Shown piece after piece: positions 39,953-53,595 of a DNA stretch of 64,000 bases. The DNA is from Eledone cirrhosa (taxonomy: Eukaryota): positions 364,312,001 through 364,376,000 of the forward strand of contig OZ024742.1 in assembly GCA_964016885.1 (NCBI GenBank), written 5' to 3'. Below the pieces are notes generated by a model. The model did not search any database. It had not been told where the DNA came from and saw nothing but the letters and a program-made list of their open reading frames with translations. A program made the translations under genes and the position numbers. How positions within the stretch are numbered: the stretch's first letter is position 1; each line of letters opens with the position of its first letter.

Positions 39953-40260
39953 AGAATTAGAATTGGAGCTCTGAAATAGCAATATATATATGGATGTATA
40001 TATAATGTATTTTGCAATACACTTTATGCTTAATTAAAAGCATTTTGAAGACCGTATGCTATTGTTTTTGAGTAGTGACAAATTCACTTACTTTAATCTC
40101 AGCAAACAGGGGAGATAAGCCAAAACTTGGCTTACCTCCCCTGTTTGCTGAGATTAAAGTAAGTGAATTTGTCACTACTCAAAAACAATAGCATACGGTC
40201 TTCAAAATGCTTTTAATTAAGCATAAAGTGTATTGCAAAATACATTATATATACATCCAT
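39953..40260. mobile_element. Fold-back insert related to 2858-3358, lacking the ribozyme
   Basis: Inverted arms centred near 40124; shares gctctgaaatagc and cattttgaagacc with the 2858 element. Confidence 0.82.
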
Positions 40261-40404
40261 ATATATATATATATTACCGTCATTACTGATACAGGATTAC
40301 AAAATAATGTCAACTGTTGACTTTCAAGAGTTCGTATAGTTGAAGCCATTCGTATTACAGTTCAGTGTTATTATAATTGCTTTACAGCATAGAGCTATGG
40401 CTCT

Positions 40405-40495
40405 CTACGCTCTGAGCTTAAATCCCGCCGAGGTCAACCTTGCCTTTCATCCCCACGGAGTCAGAAAAAGAGAGTACCAGTAATGCGCTGGACCA
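40405..40495 (+). mobile_element. CORE-type SINE fragment
   Basis: aaatcccgccgaggtcaaccttgcctttcatcc..agtaccag; reverse complement of the SINE at 46710. Confidence 0.6.
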
Positions 40496-41829
40496 GTCGC
40501 TGGATCCGTGCCAAAAGCAGAAAAATTATTATTATTAAATTTGTTTTCGAGTGGTGGTTTGTGGAAGTGTAGGGGCATCAGTGTGTTGTATGGTTGGGGT
40601 GTTTGGAGTTGTGTGGGTGTTTGGGGAAGGGGTGGGTATTTTTTTAGGAGGACGCGGTTAATGGGCCCGACGCAGGGGGAGGGGTGACACGTCCTCTTTA
40701 AAGTTGTTTTTTAGTGTGTTATATGTGTCCTCTGGGGCCTTAATCATTTTGATGTGGGGGAAATCCCCTGCCTGGGTGAAATTAGGCCCTTGGCCTAAAT
40801 TGTTGTACACAATGTTTAACAGTTATTTATTTCTTGTGTTTATGTATGTGTATGCATGTTTTTGTTTTTGTGTGGTGTTTTTTGTTTGCTGTTGTTGTGT
40901 GCTCTTTGTGTTGGTGTTGTTTTCTTAAGGCCTGGTCGCTGGTGATAGTGATGGCGGCGGTGGTGTTGGTGGTGGCAGTTGATGATGTTGTTGTGTTGTG
41001 TGCGTGTGTCTGTGTGTTTTGTTATCTTGAGTTTTTTGTTTGTTTGTTGGGGTTTTTTTTATCGATTGATGCCGCTGTTGTTGTTGTTGTTGTTGTAAAT
41101 GTTCATTTCAATTCATTCTGAAGCTGTTGTTGCTGTAAACATTAGTACCGGTGTTGTTGTAGATGTTGGGGTTGAAATCTGGTCGTTTGACTGAGTGATG
41201 TATATACACACATATATACATACATATATATACACACACACATTCAACACAGAGTAGAGAGTTTGACAACAGGTCGGTGACTTTAGTCTAGATAGGGTAA
41301 TGACATGTGTAAATGTAAATGTGATGGTGGGGTGAGAATGTAGACGTTATTGTGGTGGTGGGGGACAGTGAGATGTATCTAGTTCATTTGTCCGTTTTCT
41401 TCTCTTTGCAAAATTTGAATTTTAGCCATGTTATATTGAGATGTAAGTAAATGTAAAATGTAAAATGTAAAATATAAATAAGGATTGCTCTGGTAAAATA
41501 TACGAAAATATTTGTGTAATTTCCACAAACTTCTGTCGTGACATTCCCGAGTTCAGTGACCAAAAAATTGTTGTATTTTGATGTTTCAGAATACAAAATT
41601 AATAAAAAAATTACCCCACGAAAAGACAGCGTGTGTTGTCCTATCTATAAGCTCCCTCATACATCCATACATACATACATACATACATACATACATACAT
41701 ACATACATACATACATACACACACACATACATACATACATGCATACATACATACATACATACATACATACATACATACACACATACACACACACATACAT
41801 ACATACATACATACATACATACATACATA

Positions 41830-42440
41830 CATGGTGGCTGCCAACTCGTTTTCGAGTACGGCCACTACTTTATATCCATGTAGGAGAACCCGTACTGATG
41901 CGCTGAACGAGTGTGACTTTTTAGTCCAGCCAGCGACTTGAAAACTCTGGTACAAACACTACACCTGTGACAATTATTGACACATAGTGCTGGGCCCATG
42001 GTACCATGTGACGACAAGTGCAGAGATCTCTCCAGATATAAAGCAATGCCTGTGCTGTGAAGCTTTTATAGTGAGCAAAGGCACTGCACAAAGCCAGTCC
42101 CACTCTCTTAACCAAGATGATATTTACCAAAAAGAAGAACAATTCAACATCATTGGATACCATCAGGGTTGCAGGTGTTATATCAGAGTTTTCCTTCTCC
42201 TAGAATTCTGCCTTGACAAAGGCTAAGGGGTCATCTCTCCCTGTGATTTTGGATGGCTATTGACTCTTAAGAGGCCCTTTGCCTTTTGACAGGTTTTGTT
42301 TTTAGTCCTACAGGATGTCCAAAGCCACCCTCCTCACCAAGAAACCTTGGTGGGGTTGCCAGTTTAGTCGCCAACGACCCGACCATGAGACAGGTTGTAC
42401 TGGGATACATGTTACCAGTAGCACCAACTGGTGACCTGAC
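41830..42440 (-). mobile_element. Bipartite RTE derivative, full copy
   Basis: Colinear with 12764-13373. Confidence 0.88.
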
Positions 42441-42445
42441 ATACA

Positions 42446-42475
<30 letters not shown>

Positions 42476-42477
<2 letters not shown>

Positions 42478-45400
42478 GATTCCATCAGTCAACGCGATCA
42501 GTCGCATATTTTGGCGTGGGAGACTATTTATTAAATTTAAGATGAATACTATCTCCGACAGTAATGCCACAACTACAGCCAGGTTGAATAACTGGTTATT
42601 CTTCTAACTATCCCTTCTGAAGACACCTTTTATTCGAATTCGTAGAGATATCCGACTAAACACATAATTAATTTTACAAGGATTTGCTACAAACAGCATG
42701 GCTGAGCACAACATCAACAAGAAAATTAAGGAAGTATCGAAGACAAATAACAAGGAAGGTAATCAAACTTTATTCAGTTGTAGCTACAGAAGAAACCGAA
42801 ATTATAAATCGCATTTCTCTTGGAGTTGCGAACTTAATAATGATTTATTTAATTGTTATAAAATGGCAAAAAACAATCCCTCCATTGGCTATATGAATAG
42901 AATGAAGCTACACTGGGACGAAATTCACCCAGAGCTAAATTATTTCACAGCGAAACAATTACGCCAACAAGCGACGTTTGTTGAACGTAAAAATAAGATT
43001 AATATTATTAATTGTAAGTCCCCCACAACAAACATGGAATCAACAACACTTGCTACAGATCGCCATGCTACTAGACTTCCTAGCAGCCAGGTCGAACAGC
43101 GTCTTGAAACAACTATGCCTGTAAGAAACTTGACACCACCTGTACCATCTAAGTCTACCTCGAATGCTGAGGAAAACACTATCGATAATAATAATAATCG
43201 AAGAAATAATAATAATAATCGAATAAATGTGACACCACGTATACCATCCGAGTCTACCTCGACTGTTGTGGAAAATACTATCGATAATGATAATCAAAAG
43301 TATAAACAATTGAAAATTTCCCTCAACGAAATCTTCCAGAGAAATTAACTCATGTATAAATATCTCTCTGGCTGAACGTGTTAAAATCACAATGGTGAAT
43401 AAAAAAACAAATAATGAAATACTACGTGTTATTGACGAAATAGGGGATGAATATTTACGACGGATAAAAACCCCAACATTTTAGCAAATCAACGCCTGTT
43501 TATATGCCTTAGCAATGGCAGTGAAGCATTATCTTGGTGATAGCAGAGATATTAACAAGAACAAAACACCACCAAAAATACCATCATATATAACTAAAAT
43601 AGAAAAAAAGAGTGCTGACCTACGAAAAAACATAGGACATGTGACAATGCCCCTTACATGCAAACAAACACAAAATAATCTCACTCCTCACCAACAAAGA
43701 GTAAAAAGTAAAATAGAGACGATGTTTGGTAACAGTAGAACCAGAACTCTCCAATATAAGCTGCTCACCCTCAAACAAGAATTGAGAGCTGTTAGCGAAA
43801 AACGCCGATACCTGAAGAAGCTAGATGAAAGAAAAATGCTTAATAAAAGATTCAGACGAAACATCAGTCTATAGAGATATGAAGGGCAAAATAATAAGTG
43901 TCACTGAGGCCCCATCCCAGAAAGACATAGATTCCTTTTGGAGAAAAATATGGGGTGAAAAGAAGAATTTCAACTAAGATGCAGTGTGGCTAAGAGAAAT
44001 CCGAAAGAACTATTGCTCCTACACTACAACAAAAACATACGAAATAAGTGAGGGTACCCTTGAGACTGTGATAGGAAAACTCCAAGATAAGAAAACACCG
44101 GGAAGAGACATGATTGTCGGCTACTGGTACAAAAAACTAATATTCTATCGGAGGTATCTTACTGACCTCTACCAACAAGTTCTTAAGGGAGATACACTTA
44201 TACCAGAATGGTTGACATTAGCACAAACGTTACTGGTCCCCAAGAACAAAGACACCCACTTGGCAAAAATCTACCGACCCATTGCATGCCAGAACCTGAT
44301 GTATAAGATGTATACAGCCTGCCTGAACCTATTCCTCCAAGATCACTGTGAAAATAATAACATCATCACAGATGAACAAGCAGCTGGAAAGAAAAGGGTT
44401 TGGGGATGTGCTGCACAACTCCTAATCAACAAAACTGCGATGTCGGAGGTGCGACAACTTAGGAGGAATATGACTACAGTCTGGCTGGACTACAAGAAAG
44501 CTTTTGATTCTGTTCCCCACTCTTGGATGATAGAGGCCCTCAAACTTGCTAAAGTCCCAGACATTATTGTCAGAGCCATAGAGAGGCTGTCTTCTTCTTG
44601 GGCTACTATCCTAAGGTTAAAGACAGAGAGGGAGGACTCTATTTTCACTGATAAAATAAAATATTGCAGGGGTATATTTCAGGGGGACAGTCTCTCTGTG
44701 ATATTGTTCATCTTGTCATTAAACCCCTTGTCCTTTCTGCTCAAGAAATGTGAGGGATACATCATTGGCTCACAGGAGGACAGAAATACGAACCTAACCC
44801 ATAACTTCTTTGTGAACGATCTGAAACTCTATGCCAAGAACATGGATGGGATGAAGAAAAATCTTGACCTGGTTACAACGTTCTCAAAGGATATAGGAAT
44901 GGAGTTTGGCCAAGATAAATGCTCATACATGACTGTAAAGCGGGGAAAAACAACAACCCAATCTAGCAACATTGTCATCAATGGTCTAACTGTTTCACCG
45001 ATATCTGATGAGGACTGCTACAGATACCTGGGGATAGATGAGAACATATCCTATAATGGTATCTGTAATAAAGAACGCGTAACCAGGGAATACTACACCC
45101 GATTAAGAAAGATCTGGTCATCGGAATTCTCTGCGCAAAACAAAACAGTGGCTCACAATGTGTTTGTTGTGCCTGTCCTAACACCAACGTTTGGAATACT
45201 CAATTGGACGATAGACGAAATCCGAGCAGTTGATGTTGGAACTCGAAAAATACTGAACAACACCGGAAACTTCCACATCAACAGTGACATAGACCGCCTT
45301 TACTTGAAACGTAAGCAGGGAGGCAGAGGCCTAACATCACTCCAGACAACATTTGAATGTCGCATCATATCTCTACGACAACATCTACGAACCTCGAAGC

Positions 45401-46606
45401 GTAGGATCCCGCTTCTCGAGCAAGTCTATCTGCATGAAACAGATAAAATCATGAGAGTTGGGAAGTAACTCCTTGAGAGATATTCCCTTTGTGATAATCA
45501 AAATCTCACACCCAGGGATGTCGCTCAGCAGTATCGCAGTGAATCCATGGATGAAAAACTGCATGCCTATCAGCAAAAAATCATGCATGGATATGTTGTC
45601 AGGAAGCTCCAGAGTGAGAGTAATATAGATAAGGAAAGTAGTCTATCTTGGACCAACAACCGCTATATTGGCTCCCACTTTGAAGGATACGCTTTTGCAA
45701 TCCAAGAACAGGAGATTAGCACGAAATACCTGATTCACAAAAGAGATAGGGATGCAGGCAAAACACCTAGATGTGATAACAAGTGCAGACTCTGCAGAAC
45801 TAACATCGAGGATATCACCCATGTCATCAGCAGCTGCCCAAAGATGCCATCACGGTACTATCTACCTATGAGGCATGATGTAGTGGCAAAAACACTGTAC
45901 AATGCAGTTCGTAAAAAATATAGCCCCGATAATAAACACATTAAAAGTTACAACAACGTGGAAGACATCCATGTACATAATATGAAAGAGTACTGGTGGA
46001 ATGTTCCAGTAAAAACCCCAATAAAATGCAGGCATAACAGACCAGATATTATGATATGGGACAGGGAGAAGAAAATATGCACAGTAGTGGAAATTAGCTG
46101 CCCAGCAGATGCCAATATAATATCAAAGATTAGTGAAAAGGAGAATATTTATGCAGAACTGATGACAAATCTGCAGATACTCCACCCTGATTACACCTTC
46201 AGATTTATGCCTGTGATTGTTGGGGCACTGGGATATGTTAGTAACTGCCTCAATACAAATCTTGAGAAGCTATGCTACACAGGAACAGAAAGAACACAAC
46301 TAGTTAGGAAACTACAAGTACAATCCATTAATGGAACAGTAAAAATATGTAAAACATTCCAAACATTTTGCATCTAATAACTGCATATACACATGTACTG
46401 ATACAAAGCATACACACATGCACACATAAAACTCAAAACATCCACATCCACACATACAATAACATCCATATCTACACATGCATGCATACATAATATCTAC
46501 CTAGTTGATGTTGTGTAAATTCCAATGAGAGAGTCTTGTGTCTATGTTAGAAACCGACTCTCTCTCTCTATTGGTAACACTTTGTGAAATTATAAAGCCA
46601 GAAGAA
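42476..46606 (+). mobile_element. R4/Dong-clade non-LTR retrotransposon family B, near full length
   Basis: ACAT flanks; its 3' end matches three truncated copies in the window. Confidence 0.92.
42698..46377 (+). pseudogene. R4/Dong ORF (RT, CCHC finger, REL endonuclease), disrupted
   Basis: WLDYKKAFDSVPH, GIFQGDSLS, FVNDLKLY (DD decayed to ND), CRLC..H..C, RHD, RPDIMIWD..EISCP; stops and frameshifts. Confidence 0.92.
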
Positions 46607-46708
46607 CATACATACATACATACATTCATACATACAAATATGAAACTTAAATCAGATAAATATTTAGGTTCCACCACAACAATATAAAACAATAATTGTT
46701 TCTATTTT

Positions 46709-46880
46709 AGGCACAAGACCAGCAATTACCCAGTGCATTACTGGTACTTTATTTTATCGCCCCCGTAAGGATGAAAGGCAAAGTCAACCTCGGCGGGATT
46801 TGAACTCAGATCATAAAGGGACGCAACTCTATGCTTCAAAGCATGGCGTCCGACCCTCTACCGATACTGCCAATCCACCG
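46709..46880 (-). mobile_element. tRNA-derived CORE-type SINE
   Basis: Minus strand has ggcagtatcggtagag (A-box-like), gagttcaaatcc (B-box) and core gactttgcctttcatcc..gataaaataaagtaccag. Confidence 0.75.
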
Positions 46881-47240
46881 CGAATCCACAATATAAAACA
46901 ATAATGTAAGTATTTTCCATCTTTTGTTAACTATTCTGACGTTTCTAGATTTCTCCAACTGCATGAAATCTCCTTAGCTTCCCTTCCTACCATCGCCCTC
47001 ATTGTTTCACATTCCCTCCCAATCACTAAGTACTTCACCGTTTCTCCACCGCAATTTATTACTGTAATATTGCTTTTTGGCCATTAGAGTTTATAACTCT
47101 GTAAATTGAGCTCTCAATTTCTGAGGGGGTCCGTCGTCGTATTCAACCTTTAAGGATCTTGGATATCTAGATATATTAAGGGTTGATCACAGCCGTGGTC
47201 TTTATTCAGTGAAAAAAAGAAGGGGAGATGGAGTGACGTG

Positions 47241-47245
<5 letters not shown>

Positions 47246-47326
<81 letters not shown>
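47246..47326. repeat. (GA)n microsatellite
   Basis: Direct reading. Confidence 0.97.
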
Positions 47327-48670
47327 TGGGTTATAGGCGATCGACGTCACATTGTATTAGTGTCTCCTTTTATTGAACACGCTGAGATGAAATTCAAAGT
47401 TAACCGCAGCAGGTTTTGAACTAAGTTCGAACAGAGCCGGAACAAATACCGCTGGTGTACCGAATCTAGGATTTCACCGCCTTGATCACTTTATCATAAT
47501 TTAATAAGTACGTGACATTCTACATGTATACTTGGATTTATAGCATACATAATACCACAAAAATATAAATGTTATATTTATATATAATTACTGAAGCTGT
47601 GTTGAATTTGATAATTACAACCTTATAAACGCATCACGTTTTTGTATATTTCTCGATGGTATTTATTTACTTGTGTAGCCGATGGTGAAATACATAGCTG
47701 TTCTCTTGAGAATCAACTCAATCAGAAATTAGATTACGCTCAATTCAAAATATTGATTATATATTATTGAAATATATAACATTAAAATATACCAGTCATG
47801 CTTGACTCCTTAGTTAAACAAAGTGGAATTTGTGGAAATTGTTCAGAGATTCCAAATTGAGTTTGTTAGGCTGCACAGCTAAATTTTAAACATATATTAA
47901 GTTACATTTCTATGGTAAACCCAGTAACACTACCACCACTGCTACCAACACCCCTACCTAAAACACCAACACCGCCACCACCAACACCAACACCACATAC
48001 AAGTATACACATAAATAATCATAAATATCTCGTATGTTTTTAGACATCCAGCTAATTACGTCCAGTCTTTATTTTTGTTCTGTACTATATAGGATCTCGT
48101 CCAGTATTTGTACAGTTCTAGAATTGGTTGAGTCGTTAGAAGTTTGGTTAGAATAATGTTTGGCATTCGTTTCATCTCTCTCTCTCTCACTCTCTCTCTC
48201 TCTCTCTCTCTCCGCTCTCTCTCTCTCTCTCTCTGCTCTAAGAAATAAAGTACCAGTGAAGTGCCACGCTCGAGTCTTCCCCAATTATCACTTGCTTCAT
48301 TTCGTCTTATTGCTTTAGTATCATCGGATCGATTCTGGGACTATGTAGATTCTTGAGCAAAGCACTTCATTGCAACTCCTCCAGTTAACCCAGAAAAAAG
48401 GAGAACGAGAAGCTGGTGGTTAACATATCGATGAACTCACAGGAGGAATAGATGGACTGGCGTCCTATCCAGTGGGTGGGGATATTGTACCCCCGGTTAC
48501 TTAACACGGGATAAGAACCGACCTGAAGAGCCTCGAAACTTGAGATAAACTTAAACTTGAACTTTTTGAATAAATAGTTTCACTATCCCAATTTTAAGTT
48601 GCCACCCAACCCCCTAGATATTACACCAATATTGCCCTTTAATCGAATCTTACTGTAATGGTTTCTTATA

Positions 48671-48870
48671 TAGGCACAAGGCCAGCAATGGGGGGGGGGG
48701 GCAGTCGATTAAATCGACCCCAGTGCGTGACTGGTACTTTATTTTATCGACCCCATAAGGATGAAAGGCAAAGTTAACCTCGGGGGCATTTGAACTCAGA
48801 TCATAAAGGGCCGTAACTCTATGCTGAAAATCATGGCGTCCGACCTTCTACCGATACTGCCAATCCACCA
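48671..48870 (-). mobile_element. tRNA-derived CORE-type SINE
   Basis: Colinear with 46709-46880. Confidence 0.78.
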
Positions 48871-49007
48871 CCATTTACTATAATATAAAAGGAAGAACAG
48901 ATTAGATAATGTAGTTGTAGATATAGTATGATCACATCTGGATCAAGCTTGATCTGAAGCTAAACAAGACCAAAAGTCACACAAAAGAGACAGAACAAAA
49001 GGAACAG

Positions 49008-49220
49008 AGTAATATGTCCAGGTTATTAGACGACATTTCTGAAGATAAAACACGTCTGAGGCATAACATAGTTCCTCCACTAGATGTGATGACATATATC
49101 TTGAACAACAGTAATATGTCCAGGTTATTAAACAACATGACTTAAGATAAAACTCTGTATGTCTGAGGGCATAACATAGTTCCTCATTTAGATGGGATAA
49201 CATATATCTTGAACAACATA
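49008..49220. repeat. Imperfect tandem duplication of about 102-110 bp
   Basis: agtaatatgtccaggttatta..gcataacatagttcctc..catatatcttgaacaaca occurs twice. Confidence 0.8.
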
Positions 49221-50902
49221 TCTATGGGATCATTCTTGTAGATAGTATCAACAGTAATCAGTCTTATATACATTATCTGTCTTGCCACATTCATACATAT
49301 GTACATAGATTTCTATATATATATATGAACCTAGATATATATATATATATAGAATCATTAGAACATCTGACTGATAAAATGACAAGTCAGTCAATCATGT
49401 TGGTGGCCTTCCCACAGCCCCGGCGGAGAAGGCGTTTCCCCGGGGGACGACAAGGGGGTTGACAGTAGAAACACCAGTCTCAGTACTAAGTGTGATGTTT
49501 TCATCTTCTGCCCCCCCCCCCCCCCCATTTCTTTTGATGAAATTAGCTGTTGCTAATCCTCGGGAGGAAAGACGATTGCCACTTGGTTTAAAATGCACAA
49601 AAATCTATATATAACGACGGCGTATCCACGAATTCATTGGAATTTAAGGGAAGAGTTACAGGGCAGATAAAATTGTAAGGGAATTTTGTTGCTATTTCTA
49701 AAGTATGAAACGCCCACGTAGATGTCCTATCGTTTCCTCAGATCTCTATTTCATCATTAAAGGAAAGTGATTAAAAATATAATCGGATGTGAAGAAAAGA
49801 AATGGAGTTTTCTATCTAATTGTTTATTTATGCATTTATTTAAAGTTTATATTGTAATTAAACAAAATTGTAATCATTTATTCATATTATTCATATTATT
49901 TATATTATTTATATTTTCATTTTTCTAAAAAAATGCAATTTTCGTAAATTATTATATTTCTATATTGGCTTTGGTCTTAATTACTTAATTAATTAACTAC
50001 AGACTACAGAGTTCTCATAGTGTAACCTACCTAGCTAGCTACCCACCTTTCGTACTGCAGTGGCGGATAAGATACTTTGGCATTCATGAATTACTCAAAG
50101 GATTAATAAATACTGTAAGAAGTTAAATATTTCCACACAGAAAATAGCAGAATCTATATTGAAAATAATTAAGCAATTACTTAATGAATTTCTTCATTAA
50201 TTATATAACTTGTTTATTGCAAATAATATTAAAATAATGAGTTTACATGTCGTCGTCGATAGAGACATATTTCCTATATTTGTGACATTCCTTTCTCTGT
50301 ATCAATATTACAGAATCATCGATACTTAGATAATATAAAACGACACTAAACACGATATCTGGGAGAGGGATTCCTTAAAACCCTATTTTACGCTTGGGTC
50401 TCAAATAATTATGCCCCCCTCCCCCACACTCTTATTCCAAGCTCCCGTTTCTTAAATTGTGCTAATCATTCTCAGGCTAAATTTTATTTCAAGTGGTAGC
50501 ATTACTGCGATAATCAATTTTCTTTAGACTTTACAAAACATTATACATGAGAAAAAAGTACATTATTAGAATCCCAAGTTATAAAACCAATAGGCTAGGT
50601 TTGAGGACTCAATATGTAAACTAAACAATTAATTCTGGTTTTTAAAAAAACCGAGACAACCTAGAAACATTATCGATTCCCCCCACATATCCCTCCTATT
50701 ATTTGGGCGTCTAGAGTAGTTGATATGGAACATCGCAACGTCTTGGGAAACCGTTATAAAACAACTTAGAAATAAAATAGTAAAATCTAGTGTAAACAAG
50801 ACAGAGAAAGCAAATACAAAATTATTTAATTGTTGCACCTTGTATCTCAGGATACGTAATTCCTGGTTAGGATCTTCTTTTTCTAAAGAATAGTTTCTGA
50901 TT

Positions 50903-51101
50903 TAGGCAAAAGGCCAGCAATTTGAGGGGGAAAGAGAAAGTCGGTTAAATCAAGTCCAGTGTATTACTGGTACTTTATCTTATCGACCCCGTAAGGATGA
51001 AAGGCAAAGATAACGTCGGCGGGGTTTGAATTCAGAGCGTAAAGGGCCGTACCTCAGTGCCACATAGCATGTTGCCCAACACTCTACCGATTACTGCCAA
51101 T
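50903..51101 (-). mobile_element. tRNA-derived CORE-type SINE
   Basis: Colinear with 48671-48870. Confidence 0.75.
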
Positions 51102-52666
51102 GAGAATGGAGTGTGATTACATGTAAGAAAACTTATGGTTGTGTTTGGGTAAAGATATAATTGCTACACCATTATAAATCACATTTGTAGCAGGATTAGT
51201 GTCCTGCTTTCTATTTGTATCTGCTATTATTTGGTGTAGTGCAGTGGAAGTCAGTAGAGCAACCAATAACATGATGTCGTGCTATGATAGGTTAATGTAT
51301 ATTTCGACATTATAGATGGAAAAAAAATTATTCGAGAATGGATTTTTCAAACTAGTTTATCTTAATTATGTATATGAACGTGTGATATCGAAGTAGTAAC
51401 TTGAGTTAAGTTAAATAGTGACTCGTACTAGACGCTGAGAGAAGGACGCTATGTCAGCTTTCGGAATCAAAAAGTAACATTAAGTTAAAAGCAGCAGAAC
51501 GTGTTGACTGGTAAGATGATTCAATATCGCAATAAATATTCCCCAATAAAAGGTATTAATAGATTTTGGCAGGATTCTAAAGTGAATTACTTACTCCGGG
51601 TGATGTTGAAGGGTATGGGCTGAATGAGTGAATATGTCAGTCTAACTTCAGGATCTTTCTTGTGGATAGCTACCTTTATCCCAATTACCATGAGTATTGA
51701 GGTGGTTTAAGGAAACTGAACGCTAGATGTCTCATTATATTTTTCCATTCATCATGTATCTTCCTTAACCTATCTACAGAAGTACGTTATTAAATTCTAA
51801 CGTCGGTGTTTGTGAAAGGTCCGTATATTAGAGGTTAAGATATTGTGCTCACGATCGTAATATCATGATTATGATCCCTGCATCAGTTAGCCTGTTATAT
51901 CCTTGAGTATGACCCTATATACCATGTTGATCCTCTCCGCTCAGCTGTGCAAAATAAGATGTACCTGTACTTCAAATGACCACCCTCGTGATATTCTACA
52001 TCACGCTGAATCTGTTAAGACCAAGGTTTAGGGTATACCTGAGAAAGGGTTAGCCATTTACACATTAATTCCTGGGGCGGCTTGTTGTTTTGATCGAATC
52101 GTGAAGACGACTTGTCACCGGAAGTGACGACATTCCGACAACAACCATGTTGATCATACACTTATCTCTTTCATTCTCTCCATCGTAATTGCTATTTTCC
52201 ATTTATATTAACACCATTTATACTCGTATTAACTGTAATGGCTGTAGTTCTGAAAAATCGATTAATATTTGTAATTGTCTTTATACGTAATCTGAACACT
52301 GAAGTAAATGTATGATTGGGACTGGAATCACGGCTTCAACAGTCATTTATCTCAATGACTTCTCAATTTACACAAATGTTTTCTAGATGTTTCAAATAAA
52401 GCAACGTCTCTTCAGTTACGTAACATATGCTTGAGTGTTTTCATGTAATATGACTCATTACTTAATTTTATGGATGAGATTAATTTTATGATATATGAAA
52501 AATATTAGACGTGTAAGGTCGATATATATATGATTGATCATTATATAACACATATTGTTGTGTACGTTTAAAATATTATATAAAATATACAGTTTCGTAT
52601 GTTAAGATGTTACATAGGACATAATATGTACACAATACACTAATATATAATATATATATATATATA

Positions 52667-52777
52667 TTTGAAAAAAAGGAAAAGAATGACTTCACTTGTA
52701 GTGTTAACACTACAAGTGAAGTCATTCTTTTCCTTTATTTCAAATATACCTAACTGTACCAAGGATCTCACACATTT

Positions 52778-52782
<5 letters not shown>
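52667..52782. repeat. Short near-perfect hairpin insert in (TA)n
   Basis: aaaggaaaagaatgacttcacttgtagtgtt|aacactacaagtgaagtcattcttttccttt with no spacer; the right side extends about 35 bp. Confidence 0.85.
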
Positions 52783-52823
<41 letters not shown>

Positions 52824-52826
<3 letters not shown>

Positions 52827-53340
52827 AAAGAAACCAAAGAACGCTTACATACTCAAACAGTTCTAATTGCTTACAATGTTTCATCCATACCATCTTCTAC
52901 CTTTTTATTCACTTTTTATCTCTTTATATTATCTCCCTTTTACTTTGTTATAATGTTTTAACCATTGTTTCTATTTTAGGAATCTGTGTGCCATCAATTG
53001 TATCTGCATCTTGTCAGATCTGCTTGTGCCCTAGCAATTAGATGTGGTGCTTAACAACCCCAGCATGTACTCTCTCCTTATTCGCCATCTCCGATCTCCC
53101 TATCTGTACCGTCTATTGTATTCCTATTGTTCGTGTGACTAAGATTGGTAGAGCTTATACTCAGCACTGTGTTTATTAAGCTCTGATGATACCTACCCAA
53201 CGGTATGGATGAAACATTGTAAGCAAAAAAGAATGTTTGAGAATGTAAGCGTTCTTTGGTTTCTTTTACATATAACGGCTTTGTTCTCGTACATTGAGCT
53301 ACTACAATACCGTCAAAATATAACACTGTGCTATAGGTAC
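52824..53340. mobile_element. Fold-back Penelope-derived insert with long spacer
   Basis: 52824-52890 is the reverse complement of about 53202-53270; hammerhead on the plus arm; TA flanks. Confidence 0.78.
53180..53224 (+). ncRNA. Type I hammerhead ribozyme
   Basis: gct-CTGATGA-tacctacc caac ggtatggat-GAAACATTGTA^agc; short stem I, imperfect stem II. Confidence 0.6.
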
Positions 53341-53356
53341 GTAATTAAATAAATAA

Positions 53357-53403
<47 letters not shown>

Positions 53404-53535
53404 CAAGGGTATATTTAATTTGTTGGTAATTCAACAAGTATATATATTTATAACTGATTCGAAGCACTCGACAGATTTTCTGGAGTATATATCAATGATA
53501 TTAATAAATGGAAACTATATTTATTAAACCATATT

Positions 53536-53595
53536 TATTCTATTATATATATTTCAAGGGTTAAAAACTTTGGTACGCTCTCATCAGATAAAATA
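53536..53595 (-). ncRNA. Type I hammerhead ribozyme
   Basis: tattttat-CTGATGA-gag..ctt-GAAATATATATA^atagaata; 8-bp stem I; the mirror copy near 58595-58650 is degraded. Confidence 0.65.

Noticed and set aside
40550-40830. G-rich insert with a short minus-strand reading frame
   Set aside because: Short, interrupted by a stop, no recognisable domain.
48514-48545. ctgaagagcctcgaaac hammerhead-like core
   Set aside because: No stem II, no UH site and no stem I; lies in what looks like a decayed SINE 3' part.
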